Source: Squalus acanthias
Lineage: Eukaryota
Assembly: GCA_030390025.1 (NCBI GenBank)
Contig: CM059432.1
Coordinates: forward strand, 33,978,001 to 34,042,000
DNA length: 64,000 nucleotides
Reading direction: 5' to 3'
Below, in pieces: positions 50,124 to 63,153 of the stretch (its first letter is position 1; every line of letters starts with the position of its first letter). Under the pieces are notes generated by a model. It was not told the DNA's origin, made no database searches, and saw nothing but the letters and a program-made list of their open reading frames with translations. The translations under genes were made by a program, and so were the position numbers.

Positions 50124-50972
50124 GGGCTGGATTTTGAAACTGGGGTCGGGTTGGGGTCGGGAATCACACATTCTGGCTTGTGAACCCGCCTCCATCGAGA
50201 TGTGGCCAACCCGCTGTATTTTCCCTTGATTGACCTTGTTGAGCCTGCCCAGTGGGCTCAGCAGGCCAATTAAGGGCCACCCGGCAACAGGTGACGTCAC
50301 AGACTGACATTTCATCTGTGAAGAGCTTTTGACAGATGAAATATCAGCGTTTGACAGCTCTGTGAAGCTGTCAAACACTCACAATATGATTTCTAACTTC
50401 AGTCCTTCCTCTCAGGCTGAGTTAGAAATCATTCCACCACAGAAAACAGAAGGCTGCAGTTTTTGACAGAACCACGGCTTTCCTGCTTTCTGTGCCGGTG
50501 AGATTTCTAACTCCCGAGAATTGAAGGGCTGACACCTGCAGGAGGAAGTTAAGGTGAGTAAAACTTTTTCCAACACTTAGCACTTACCTTACACACTTAC
50601 CTCTGCACACATGCACCCATCACTCACCTGCTCACCGGACATATCGACCCCTCCCACCCCTGCAGACCCACGGCCCGCCCCGATAACTTGGCGTGGTTGC
50701 CACCTGTCGGGAAGCCCACACTTTTCTTTTTAAAATAGGGATTATGCAAAAAACTGCCTGTTAACTACCTGTTAACAGGCAGTTAATTGTCACTAATCCC
50801 TTCCCGCCTCGGGGAGTCGGGTTCCAGCACATGTCGGGTACCCGCCGCCAGAGAAACTGGCATGGAGGCGGGTTGGGGGCGGGATGGGGTCGGGACCCCC
50901 GAATCTGCAACTTTAACCCCCCCCCCCCCCCGCCTCCAAACCTGACTCCAAGGGGCATTGAAAATCCAGCCC
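50124..50972 (+). mobile_element. 849-bp Harbinger-type MITE (family B)
   Basis: Perfect TIR GGGCTGGATTTT / AAAATCCAGCCC; TSD TTT; internally homologous to 62308-63153 and 55955-57040. Confidence 0.9.
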
Positions 50973-53900
50973 TTTGAGTCCTCTGCACAAATTGCTTTCC
51001 CACCCATTTTTGTATCATCCGCAAACTTGGCTGCATTACACTCGGTGCCTTCATCCAAGTCATCAATGTAGATGGTAAATAGTTGAGGCCCCAGCACCGA
51101 TCCCTGTGGCATCCCCACTAGTTACCGTTTGCCAACCAGAAAATGACCCATTTATCCCGACTCTCTGCTTTCTGTTAGTTAGCCAATTCTCTATCCATGC
51201 TAATACATTACCCCCAACTCCGTGAGCTCTTATCTTATGCAGTAACCTTTTATGTGGCACTTTATCAAATACCTTCTGGAAATCCAAATACACCACATCC
51301 ACTGGCTCACCTTTGTCCACCCTGCTCGTTACATCCTCAAAGAACTCCAGCAAATTTGTTAAACATGATTTCACTTTCATAAAACCATGCTGACTCTGCT
51401 TGACTGCATTATGATTTTCCAAATGCCCTGCTACTGCTTCCTTCATGAAGGACTCCAGCATTTTCCCAACAACAGATGTTAGGCTAACTGGTCTATAGTT
51501 TCCTGCTTTCTGTCTCCCTCCTTTCTTAAATAGGGGTGCTACATTTGCAGTTTTTCAATCCACTGGGACCTCTCCAGAGTCCAGGGAATTTGTTATATTG
51601 CAACCAATGCATCCACTATCTCTGCAGCCACTTCTTTTAAGACCCTGGGATGCAGGCCATCTGGTCCAGGGGACTTGTCATCTTTTAGTCCCATTATTTT
51701 ACCAAGTACTTTTTCCTTAGTGATAGTGATTGTCTTTAGTTCCCTCCTTCCTGTGGCCCCTTGATCATCCATTATTGGGATGTTGTTAGTGTCTTCTACC
51801 ATGAAGACAGTTACAAAATATTTGTTCAGAGTCTCTGCCATTTCCCCGTTCACCATTATTAATTCCCCATTCTCATCATCTAAGGGGCCAATACTTACTT
51901 TAGCTATTCTCTTCCTTTTTATATACCTGTAGAAGCTCTTACTTTCTGTTTTAATATTTCTTGCCAGTTTACTCTCATAATTCATCTTCTCTCTCTGTAT
52001 TATTTTTTTAGTCATCCTTTGCTGGTTTTTAAAAATTTCCCAATCCTCTGGCTCCCACCAATCTTGGCAACCTTGTATGCCTTCGTTTTCAATTTGATAC
52101 CATCCTTTACTTCCTTAGTTAGCCACGGATAGTGCTCCCTTCTCTTAAAATCTTTCTTTCTCACTGGAAGATATTTTTGTTGAGAGTTATAAAATATCTC
52201 CTTAAATGTCTGCCACTGCATTTCAACTGTCTTATCTTTTAATTTATTTTTCCAGTCCACTTTAGCCAGTTCTGCCCTCATGCCATTGTAATTGCCTTTG
52301 TTGAAGATCAGGACACTGGTTTGAGATACAACTTTCTCACCCTCCAACTGAATTTGAAATTCAACCATGTTATGATCACTCTTTCCTAGAGGATCCTTTA
52401 CTATGAGATCATTTATTAATTATGTCTCATTACACAGTACCAGATCCAAGATAGCCTGCTCCCTGGTTGGTTCCATTACATACTGTTCTAGGAAACCATC
52501 CCGGATACACTCTATGAACTCTTCCTCAAGGCTACCATGGCCAATTTGATTTGTCCACTCAAAATGGAGATTAAAATCACCCATGATTATTACCGTATCT
52601 TTTTTACAGGCCTCCATTATTTGTTGATTTATACTCTGTCCAACAGTATTGCTACTGTTCGGGGGCCTGTAGACTGCGTCCACCAGAGACTTTTTCCCCC
52701 TTATTATTTTTTATCTCCACCCAAACCAATTCTACATCTTGATCTTCTGAGCCAATATTACTTCTCACCACTGCACTGATTCCATTATTTACCAACAAAG
52801 CCGCCCCACCTCCCTTTCCTTTCTGTCTATCCTTCCGAATTGTCAAATACCCTGGAATATTCAGTTCCCAGCCCTGGTCACCTTGCAACCACGTCTCTGT
52901 AATGGCGAGCAGATCATACCCATTTGTATCTATTTGTGCCATCAACTCATCTATCTTGTTACAAATGCTGCGTGCATTCAGATATAGAGCTTTTAACTTT
53001 GTCTTTTTAACATTTCTCCTTGTTTTGGCCCCATTTTCTGTTGCACTCTTATTTTTAAACATTCTGTCCCTTCCTGTCACACTCTGGTTATTATTTCCCC
53101 CATCTCTATCCTGCTCTATTGCTTTCTGATTTCTCATTGACTTTTTAAATTCCCGCTCACCTGGATCCTCCCCCCCCCCCCCCCCCCCCACTATTTAGTT
53201 TAAAGCCCTCTCTACAGCCCTAGTTATTCGATTCGCCAGGACTCTAGCCCCAGCATGGTTCAAGTGAAGCCCGTCCAAACGGAACAGCTCCCTCTTATCC
53301 CAGTACTGGTGCCAGTGCCCCACAAATCGAAACCCATTTCTCCCACACCAGTCTTTGAGCCACTCGTTCATTTCTCTGATCTTATTTGCCCTATGCAAAT
53401 TCGCTCGTGGCTCAGGTAGTAATCCAGAGATTATTACCTTTGTGGTTCTGCTTTTTAATTTAGCCCCTAGCTGCTCATACTCCCTCAGCAGAACCTCTTT
53501 CTTTGTTCTACCTACGTCATTGGTACCTACGTGAACCATGACAACTGGACCTTCCCCCTCCCACTCCAAGTTCCTCTCCAGCCAGAGGAGATGTCCTTAA
53601 CCCTGGCACCGGGCAGGCAACACAGCCTTCGGGACTCACGCTCTCGGCTGCAGAGAACAGTATCTATCCCCCTAACTATACTGTCCCCTATCACTACAAC
53701 ATTTCTTTTTACTCCCCCCACTTGAATGGCTCCCTGTACCACGGTGCTGTGGTCAGATTGCTCATCCTCCCTGCAGTCCCTGCCCTCGTCCACACAGGGA
53801 GCAAGAATCTCATACCTGTTGGACAAGGCCAAGGGCTGAGGCTCCTCCATCACTACCTCCTGGATCCCAATACCTGCCTCGCTTGTAGTCACACCCTCCT

Positions 53901-54358
53901 GTCCCTGACCATGGGCCAAATTGGAAGTAATTACTCTAGTGGGTGTGACTGCCTCCTGGAACGTGTCCAGGTAACGCTCCCCCTCCCTAATGTGTTGCAG
54001 TGTCCGAAGCTCGGACCCCAGCTCATCAACTCTGAGCCGAGGTTCCTCGAGCAGCCAACATTTGCTGCAGATGTGGTCGCCGTGGACCTCAATGGTGTCC
54101 ACCAGCTCCCACATGCAACAACAACAACAACACATTGCCTGGTCTCCCATCTCAATTAATTAATTAATTAGTTTTTCACATTTGGAACACGTATATCTTT
54201 TAATCTACACCAAGGCACTTAAATTTAGACGCCCAAGTTTGGAAAAAAGCGAGAAATAGAGAAATACTCACCACCCAATCACTTACCTGCTTTCTGGTGA
54301 CGTCACACTTCGATTACTTTTTACTTCTTTACACTCACCAGTCCGTTGTAGCCGTTGT

Positions 54359-54577
54359 CGTGGGCCCCGCTCACCTTTAAATCAGCCGCTCCCATGGGCC
54401 TCGCTCACCTTTAAATCAGCCGCCGAGGTCTCGCGCTCTCCAGCCACTCCCGTGGGCCCCCGCTCACCTTTAAATCAGCCACTGAGGTCTCGCGCTCTCC
54501 AGCCACTCCCGTGGGCCCCCGCTCACCTTTAAATCAGCCACTGAGGTCTCGCGCTCTCCAGCCGCTCCTGTGGGCCC
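54359..54577 (-). repeat. 59-bp tandem monomers at the CR1 5' end
   Basis: gaggtctcgcgctctccagccactcccgtgggcccccgctcacctttaaatcagcc repeated. Confidence 0.9.
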
Positions 54578-55954
54578 TTAAGCTTCTAATCTGCTTAGCC
54601 CTGTGCCAATTGACGCGTGGCTCTGGTAATTATTACCTTTGAGCTTCTCCTTTTTAATTTGGACCCCAACTCCTCAAACTCTCTCAGCAGAACCTCATTC
54701 CTAGTTCTACCTATGTCGTTTATTCCTACGTAGACCATTACAACTGGATCTTCCCCTTCCCACTCCAAGTTCTTCTCCAGCTGCAAGGAGATGTCTTTAA
54801 CCCTGGCACTGGGCAGGCAACACAGCCTTCGGTACTCCCTGTCGCAGCTGCAGAGAACAGTATCTATCCCCCTGACTATACTGTCGCCTACCATTACCAC
54901 ATTCCTTTTTACTCCCCCCACTGCCGTGGTTAGTCTGCCCATCCTCTCTGCAGTCCCTTGTTCTCATTCATACAAGTAGCAAGTATCTCATACCTGTTGG
55001 ACAAGGTCAAGGGCTGAGGCTCCTCCATCACTATATCCTGGGTCCCCATACCTTCCTGACTCGCAGTCACACCCTCCTGTCCCTGACCATTGACTAACTC
55101 TAAAGTACCTACTTAACCTAAGGGGTGTGACTGCCTCCTGGAACAAAGTGTGCAGGTAACTCTCCCCTTCCCTGATGTATCGCAATGTCTGCAGCTCGGA
55201 CTCCAGCTCAACAACGCTGAGCCGAAGTTCCTCGAGCTGCAGGCACTTACTGCAGATGTGGTTGCTCGGGATCTCGTTGGTCTCCGCCAATTCCCACATG
55301 CTGCAGTTACAACACACCACCTGCACTGCCATCTCTATCTAACCTTATTTTATTTATATAATTAGTTAGAATTTTTATTCAAATGATTATTTTTAGTTTT
55401 AATTTTTAGTTTGAATTAGTTAATTTAGTTTAAGTTATTAATTTAATAAAGTTATAGTAGTTAATACTCTCCCAGTTCTGAATTTAATCCACTTACCTAA
55501 CCTGGAGAGCAAAAGAGCTATAATACTCACCAACCAATCACCTACCTGCTGTCCTGTGACGTCGCTCCTTGATTTCTTTTGTTGTTTTTGAATTCGAATG
55601 TGCCTCCGCTCCGCCTCTTGCTGCCGCTCAGGTGCAATCTCCACCTGGCCGGCAGGCGGAAGCGGGATTTCGGGCAGCAGGAGGCCGCTGCCGAAGGAAC
55701 GTTCCCCAGCACTAAGGTAAATGGTTGGGAGGATGTGGGGGTCAGACGGGCATCGCGATCAGGGGGGGGAGGGAAGTGGAGGCCCAAGGTTTCCTTGTGG
55801 GGCTCGTAGGATTAAAATAAACTTACTGTTCTGGGCCTCTTCTGGCCCAGTGTCCTCTTCCCAACAGGTCTGGCTGGCGGGGAAGCCACAATGACTTCCC
55901 CAGGCAGGCCTTAGGTTAAGATTGCACTCAAGATGTCATCGGAGCCCAAACTAC

Positions 55955-57040
55955 GGACTGGATTTTACCAGTCCTGGGGAGGCGGGTTTGGAGGCGGGAC
56001 TGCCTGGGAAAATGGCAGAAACTGGGAACGGGTACCGACCCAGCTCCCAACCCACCTCTGTGCCATCTTCCCGGGAGGCGGGTCCCCGACTCTCACAGGG
56101 ACCCGTTTCCTCGAGGCGGGAAGGGGATTAGAGCCAATTAACTGCCTGTTAACAGGAAGTTAACAGGCAGTTTTGAGGCTTATCCCTATTTTACCCCTGC
56201 ACGTGCGGGCTTCCCAATGGCTGCGAACATCGCCAGGGTCAGCGAGGCGAGCAGTGGGTCTGTGGGGGTGAGAGAGGTCGAAAAGTCCGCTGTTGAGGTG
56301 AGTGATGGGTGCAAGTGTGGAGAGGTAAGTATGAGAGGTGAGTGTAAAGTGTTACAAAAAGGATAAGGGGTAAGCCATTTAGGACTGAGATGAGGAGGAA
56401 TTTCTTCACCCAGAGAGTGGTGAACCTGTGGAATTCTCTACCACACAAGGCAGTTGAGGCCAATTCATTAAATATATTCAAGAAGGAGTTAGATATATTT
56501 CTTAAGGCTAAAGGGATCAAGGGATATGGGGAGAAAGCAGGGACAGGGTACTGAATTTGGATGATCAGCCATGATCTCATTAAATGGCGGAACAGGCTCG
56601 AGGGGCCGAATGGCCTACTCCTGCTCCTATCTTCTATGTTTCTATGTTTACTTACCTTTGCTTCTTCCTGCAGGTTTCAACCCTTGGGGATCCAGAGGTG
56701 CCTCATCTCAATGGCTTTCTGCTGAGGAGAGAGGTTTTGGTGAGTCTTCTGTGCAAGGGCTCACCTTAGAACAGAGATTGTCAGTGTTTGACAGCTTCTC
56801 AAAGCTGTCAAATGCTGACAATTCATCTGTCAAAATTTTTTCGACAGATGAAACGTCATACGCTGACGTCCTCTGTCACCGGCTTTCCCTTAATTGGCCG
56901 GCTAAGCCCGCAGGGCGTGCTTAACAAGGTCAATCAAGGGAAAATAGCGTGGGTTGGTCAGATGTCGCTGGGGCCGGGACTAAAACCCTGAAAACCAGCA
57001 GTCCCACCCCCAATGCGCCTTCATTGACAAAATCCAGCTC
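55955..57040 (-). mobile_element. Family B MITE with a CR1 3' fragment (~56358-56648) inside; itself within an older MITE-like element (~55620-57185)
   Basis: TIRs GGACTGGATTTT / AAAATCCAGCTC; reverse-complement homology to 62308-63153. Confidence 0.75.
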
Positions 57041-57221
57041 ATATTTAAAGAAGGACGTCCGCTCCCTAAGAGCAGGTTAATATTGGAAGGCAGCGGGAAC
57101 AGAGGGGGGTAAGTGGCACAGGGCATTTTAACTTCCCGCATGCCCGAGTTTCCACCAGGTTAACCTGGGGTTAAACTCCCCCCAGGGTCATTTCTGCACG
57201 TAGGCTGGTGACATCCAGCTC

Positions 57222-57980
57222 TATCTTTCCACCACCTCTCTCCACCCCTCCACTACCTCTGTGTTGTCAGACTGGTCATCTGACATCCAGTCTTGGATGA
57301 GATGTAATTTCCTCCTGTTAAACATTGGAATGAACAAAATCATCAAATTCTTACCCTCGTCGTCAATTCCATCTCCCTCCCTGGCCTCCTTCTCAGGCTG
57401 AATCAGAATGTTCACAACCTCGGCATCTTATTCAAACCCAAGGTGAGCTTCTGACCTCATATACCCTTCACCACAAACCACCTACTTCCACCTTTGTAAC
57501 ATCTCTACCTCTAATTTGGCCCACCAGCCTATATAAACTTCAGCTCATCCAAAGTTCTGTTGTCCATATCCTATTCCACACCAACTCCCGCTCGCCCATC
57601 ATCCCTTTCCTTGCTGATCTACATTGGGTCTCAATTCCACAACATGTCAAATTTAAAATTCTCATCCTCGTGTTTAAATCCCTTCATGGCCTTGCCCCTT
57701 CTTATCTTTGTAACCTCCTCCAACCCTCTCCCCCCCGCCCACAAATTCTCCATTTCTTTGACTCTGCCCTCTTAATCACCCCGCCTCCCTTAGCCCCAAC
57801 ATTAGCACCGTACCTTCATCCACATAGACCCCATGCTCTGGAATTTCCTTCCTAAACCTCTCCTGCTCTCCAAATCCTCTCCTCCTTGAAACTCAGCTCA
57901 GTTGACCAAGCTTTTGATCACCTCTCCTAATATTTCCTTCTTTGACTCCATTATTTTGATGAAGTAAATGCAAGTTGTTG
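57222..57980 (+). mobile_element. Decayed L2-like LINE 3' fragment
   Basis: Homologous to 1230-1765 (gtgttgtcagactggtcatctgacatccagtcttggatgag); FKSLHGLAPSYLCNLL; tail aaatgcaagttgttgttg. Confidence 0.75.
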
Positions 57981-59649
57981 TTGTCTAGTAGAAATTAGAA
58001 TGTCTGTCTTGCATGTATTGACAACAATCAGTATTGACTATTTACAACTGGTGAGAGGTTTTCTATCCACTTTTGATCATCAGTGGGCTTCAAAATTCAA
58101 CTTTTTTTTGAAAATTGGATCAACATTAAAAGAAGAATGACTTGCTCCCTTTCTCTCTCACTTAAATCCTTCTCTCTCTTTTTCTCTAACCCCAGTCTCT
58201 TCTTCTCCAAACCCTTACTCTGACACCATTTTATTTCTCACTATCATCTTCCCTGACCCCAATCACTCTCTCTTTCACACATAGGTGTAAGCAATAATTA
58301 ACATTGCCCTTTTCTAACTGTCAATAAAACATAGGTGAGATAATTAGTTAGCTTCAAAATTGAACTAACATAACATGAAGACTCTTTCGTCCCCACTCCT
58401 CCCCTCTTTTTATCCTCCCTCCGCTTAATACATTTTCTAATGTATATAAAACACAAAAAACTACAAGCTCTTTTTTTCTCTCTCACACATGCACACGCAC
58501 ATACAGCTTTTTTATTTTAATTTTTAAAAGCACTCAATAGAAATTTTAGCTCCAATCATTTGAAATTGGTCCCCTGTGCTCTCAAAATTATTTGATGAAA
58601 AACTACTGAGTAAAAAGTGTTAGAAGCAATAGAAATATATTCCAGCGGCCTGAATGATACTGATGCATCCTTGGAAATAAGACATACAGTACCCACTCAA
58701 ATTGTACAATCCAAACTTAGATCATAGAGCCACAGCTCTGGACAAAAAATTCAAGTTCAAGCTCAGGCATTTGCGAGAGCTTTGGCCTCAAGTAAAAACG
58801 TTAATGAGGTAATTAAAAAACACAAAGGGCAATTTAGTGGGCAAATGTAATCATGTCATTGTTAAATATGTATTTTTTGTTTTCTTTAATTTAAAATCCT
58901 TATTTTGGACTATTAGAAATGTCAGTTACTGAGGAAAATATGGTGAATGTAAAAGAATTCAGAAAGCATTTAGAGTGATTTTGGGAACCCAGTAGCTAGG
59001 TTGCACAATTACAGGGTCATATATGGTCACTATAAAATAGAAGCTATTCTGTGTATCACACATTGTTATAGGGAAGTGTGACACTTTTAACATTGAGAAC
59101 ACATATCACAGCACCACCTACATGAGTAACAGGTAATTCATGACCTTGAAATACATGCCCCAGATAGAGAATTCAATGTATAATAGATAGATGGAGATAA
59201 GTTGGGCTTTCCCTGACAGATCAGTGAGTGGCTGAGCCATGTGGGCCAGGAAGCTCCCAGGGTCGATTCACTTTCTGTGCTGCCTTAGCGGATCTCAGCC
59301 AAGGAAATGGTCAGAGGGCTACATTTAGCCTCAGCGCCCTTGGGTTGGGGTGGGAATCGTACTGGGTTGGACTTCCGATTGCCATCTAATGTGTTGTGCT
59401 GGAAATGGGATATATGGACATCAGCGAGTAACACGCAGTGGGCATCACAGCTGAGCCTGATCCTGTCCACACATGCACACATCCAGCAGGAATCACTGGA
59501 TAGTCATCAGAAATGGGATCCCCATCTGATTTTCCCTCCATGTCAAGGCTCATGCATGAGAATAGACACTTGCTGAAGTATCAGATGGCTACCGCCTGTG
59601 GAACTGTACCACAGCAAGGAGTTCGTGTTTTCAGGAGAGAGGAAAGATA

Positions 59650-59900
59650 AGGGATTGTTCTCCTTAGAGCAGAGAAGGTTAAGGGGAGATTTAATAGAGG
59701 TGTTATGATCTGGAATGCTCTGCCTGAAAGGACAGTGGAAGCAGATTAAATAGTAACTTTCAAAAGGGAATTGGATATATACTTGAAAAGGTAAAATTTA
59801 TAGGGCCATGGGGAAAGAGCAGGGGAGTGGGACTAATTGAATAGTTCATTAAAAGAGCTGGCACAGGCACAATAGTCTCCTTCTTTATGATTCTATGAAT
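59650..59900 (+). mobile_element. CR1 3' fragment
   Basis: ttctccttagagcagagaaggttaaggggagattt... tail tatgattctatg. Confidence 0.8.
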
Positions 59901-61115
59901 TGCATTTTGAAGGAGAAAGACTTGAGTGGAAAAATACGATTGGCCCTGAAAATGGGTACGGGGATCACGATGCACGATTGACCCGCTTCGTGCTGCCTGC
60001 TAATTTTCATGATTGCCGCATGCAACCAGCGCTAAACGCGCTGTTGAGTGAATTCACACCTCAGCAGGGGGCCCAAGTTTGTGCGAGGCTAGCACCACTT
60101 AAAGCTAGCCTGCACTACTTAAAGCCAGTCTGCATCTCTTCAAGGGGAGGTGCATTCTGACTGTAGCAGGTGACAGATTTCAATGAGGACGTCCTTCGTG
60201 AAGCGCCGACGTCTGACACACTGTTTCTCACTGAGGTTCAGGTAATAGTATTGCTCCCTGAGCACCCTGGCCGGATATGGCCTTCTGCTGAGAGCCCTTC
60301 TCCCCCTTCCTCTTCCAGCAGCTTGTCCTGCTCTGTGTCACCTCTGCTCATTCTCCCTGTCATGCTGTAGGCCAAGGGGAATGCCTACTGCTGCACCCAT
60401 GTCTGGAAGCAAGTGGTCTGTGCAGCAGCATTGAAGTCAGGACAAAGTTCTTCAGCACTTGCCACACCACTCCCTGTAGACTTTAGCAACTTTAAAGAAC
60501 TCTAAAAACCACAAAACACTTCTACAAACACAGCAACAACCAGTAGAAATCAATCAGCAACTAATCTGTAAATAGATGATGATCCCTTTAAATAGCACTG
60601 CTAGGAGGGGGGGTCCTTCATGCTGCTGAACGCGTGTTCAGCTGTACGTATTTTAAGAGAGGGCGTTAGTTGAAGCATTGAGCTCCAAAATGGCAGTGCT
60701 GGCGTCAAATCAGCATTACACGTTGATTGACATCATGATCTGCCTACTCTGCATACTTCCGGCTGATGCTCACTGTGTCCGTACTAACGCCCTCACCAAG
60801 ATGGCATCCAATGCGACTCATATTAGAAGTGTGCAGTGCGCAGCGGATGCCATTTTGGATTCATAACAGCACTTGTAGCGCCGAAACAGCAAGTGCTAAG
60901 AACCCGAATTTCAAAAATGTCCTAAAACTCCTTCACATACAATGAATTACTTTGAATTTCCATCTAGTTCGCCTTCTACCATCCTGGTAGTCACATGATA
61001 CAACGATAATGGAGTTGTTGACTAATCATAGCAATCAACCTCTATCAATTAATCTACAACAGACCCAGACATGAGGTGAGGAAAACCACCAGTGATGGAG
61101 AGCATTGGGAACCAT

Positions 61116-62103
61116 GAGGTGAATTTAAACCCCAAAAAACGGGCAAGTTTGGGTCAGGTGGTAGAAATCTGAATCCTGACCCCAACCCACCTACAACCCA
61201 CCCACTTCCGGTTTTAACAGAGGCAGGATGGAGCAACCAATCCGCACCAGCACCAGGAGGCGGGTTGGCACTTTAAATATTATAATGACGCTATATGCCT
61301 CAATTTGAATCTCCATTTTAAATTTAACTCTGGGTGGTCGGGTTTCCCAGGCCTCAGGGATCCCCCCGGCTAAAGGAAGATGATGACTGCTGGACCGAGG
61401 AGGTAAGTGGCTTTCCACTTACCTGCTTGATCCAGTGTTCCTGCCTCGCCAACCCCCCGACCTTTCCGATCTCCCTCAGAGCTCCCTGCCACACCCCCTC
61501 CAAGGCCTCCGAACTACCCCCTTCCACCCCACCCCATGAGGCCTTCAATCACCGATCCCCCCTCTGGCCTTCCGATCTCCGGCCCCAACCCCCCCTCCGG
61601 ACCACTGAACCCCAGCCCTTCCTCTGGCCCACCGATCCCCGGCCTTCTGACCCACCAATCCTGGCCTTCCAGCCCCCCCTCCCCGATCTCCGATCCCCAC
61701 CAATCCTGGCCTTCCAGCCCCCACCTCCCGATCTCCGACCGCCCCTCCCCCGTTCCCGGCCTTCCGACCCCCCCTGATCACCAACGCTTCCCCTCTCCAG
61801 TCCCGGCCTTCCGAGCCCCCTCCGTTCCTGGCCTTCTGACCCACCCCCCGACGATCTCTGACGCCCCCCCTCCATCTCAGCCTTGCAAACCCCCCCACCC
61901 CCGATGCCATCCTCCGATCCCTCCCTCTCTCCCTTCTCTCTGCTCCCCGGCTGTGGCCTGGTGCTGCTGGCCTACCCGCCCATCAGTCAGCCAGCCTCTC
62001 AATCTGGCTGGCCGCTGGGGGAAACAGACAAAAAAAATGTTGATCAGGCCCAGCCGTTAAATTCGGTAAGGCCTATTCCAGCCTCCAAGTTAAAATCCTG
62101 CCC
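61116..62103. mobile_element. 988-bp Harbinger-type MITE with C-rich internal low-complexity repeats
   Basis: Imperfect TIRs GAGGTGAATTTAAAC / GTTAAAATCCTGCCC; TSD CAT; interrupts a repeat that is uninterrupted at 14835-15035 (gaaccat|aggtccaaag). Confidence 0.75.
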
Positions 62104-62307
62104 CATAAGTCCAAAGTCACCTGATCCTCCCAAGCATTCTACACTTACCACATATCATGTCTCAAATTACTTATTTACAGTATCGCAAAATGTTATTTAC
62201 TGAAAGAAATCAATCTAATTTTCATTTTAATGAATCAATACTAACTGCTTCCATCGTCTCCCTAGGGAGCCTGTCCCATAGATTGACCACTCGCTCACTG
62301 AAATATT

Positions 62308-63153
62308 GGGGGTGATTTTGCCAATGGGGAGCTTTTGGAGGCAGGACTCCCACTTGTCGGGTTTCAGTCCCGCCTCCATCAACCTCTGGCCAACCCAGGC
62401 TATTTTCCCTTGATTGACCTTGTTAAGTCCGCCCAGCGGGCTTAGCAGGCCAATTAAGGGAAAGCCGGTTACAGAGAACGTCAACGTATGACGTTTCATC
62501 TATCAAAAATTTTTGACAGCTGAATTGTCATCGTTTGACAGCTCTGTGAAGCTGTCAAACACTGACATTCTCTGTAGTTTGATGAGTTCTTGTACTCAAG
62601 ACCTCATCAAACCTCTTTCTTTTGCAGAAATGAGGTGGTTGTTGCATTGGACAATGTAACAGCCATCTGTCATCTCTACCACGGAGGTGCGAGACTCTCC
62701 GCATACACACTGATTGAAGTCTGCAGGAAGAAACAAAGGTAAGTACACTTTTTCTAACATTTTGTACTTACCTCAGATACTCACCTCTCCACACTTGCAC
62801 CCATCACTTACCTTCACAGCGCATTTTTGGACCCCTCCGACCCCCGCAGACCCACTGCTCGCCTCGGTGAACCTGGTGGGTTTCGGAGCCTTCGGGAAGC
62901 CCGCACTTCAGGGCTCAAAATGGGGATAATCCTATTTTCTGCCTGTTAACTACCTGTTAACAGGCAGTTCAGTGGATGTAATCCCTTCCCGCCTCCAAGG
63001 AGACGGGACCCGGCGCGGGATGGCTACCCACCTCCTGGCAAGATGGCATGGAGGCAGGTTGGGGACAGGTTGGGCACCCGCCCCCAAATTCTGCCATTTT
63101 CCCGGTAGTCCCGCCTCCAAACCCGCCTCCCCAGGGCTGGCAAAATCACCCCC
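62308..63153 (+). mobile_element. 846-bp Harbinger-type MITE (family B)
   Basis: Perfect 16-bp TIR GGGGGTGATTTTGCCA / TGGCAAAATCACCCCC; TSD ATT. Confidence 0.92.

Larger units (their letters stand above)
49251..54577 (-). mobile_element. Full-length CR1 LINE (inner), inserted in ORF1 of the outer CR1
   Basis: ORF1 54150-53195 (GDSIVR, HVGTND, DGLHLN; one frameshift); ORF2 LYLNARS, AITETWL, MGDFN, YLDFQK, FADDTK; flanked by TTAAG. Confidence 0.9.
43470..55620 (-). mobile_element. Full-length CR1 LINE (outer), interrupted by MITEs, a Penelope fragment and a second full-length CR1
   Basis: 3' tail at 43470; RT 43653-45911; EN 48085-48900; ORF1 C-terminus 49075-49250 rejoins the ORF1 N-terminal part 54578-55332. 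Confidence 0.85.

Noticed and set aside
58690..58815. Possible + strand exon ending ATGAG|GTAATT
   Set aside because: No polypyrimidine acceptor and no recognisable peptide
59941..60915. Another Harbinger-type non-autonomous element
   Set aside because: Architecture is suggestive but the right TIR and TSD could not be defined
61334..62203. Pro-rich and Gly/Arg-rich ORFs on both strands
   Set aside because: C-rich low-complexity interior of a MITE; open in many frames
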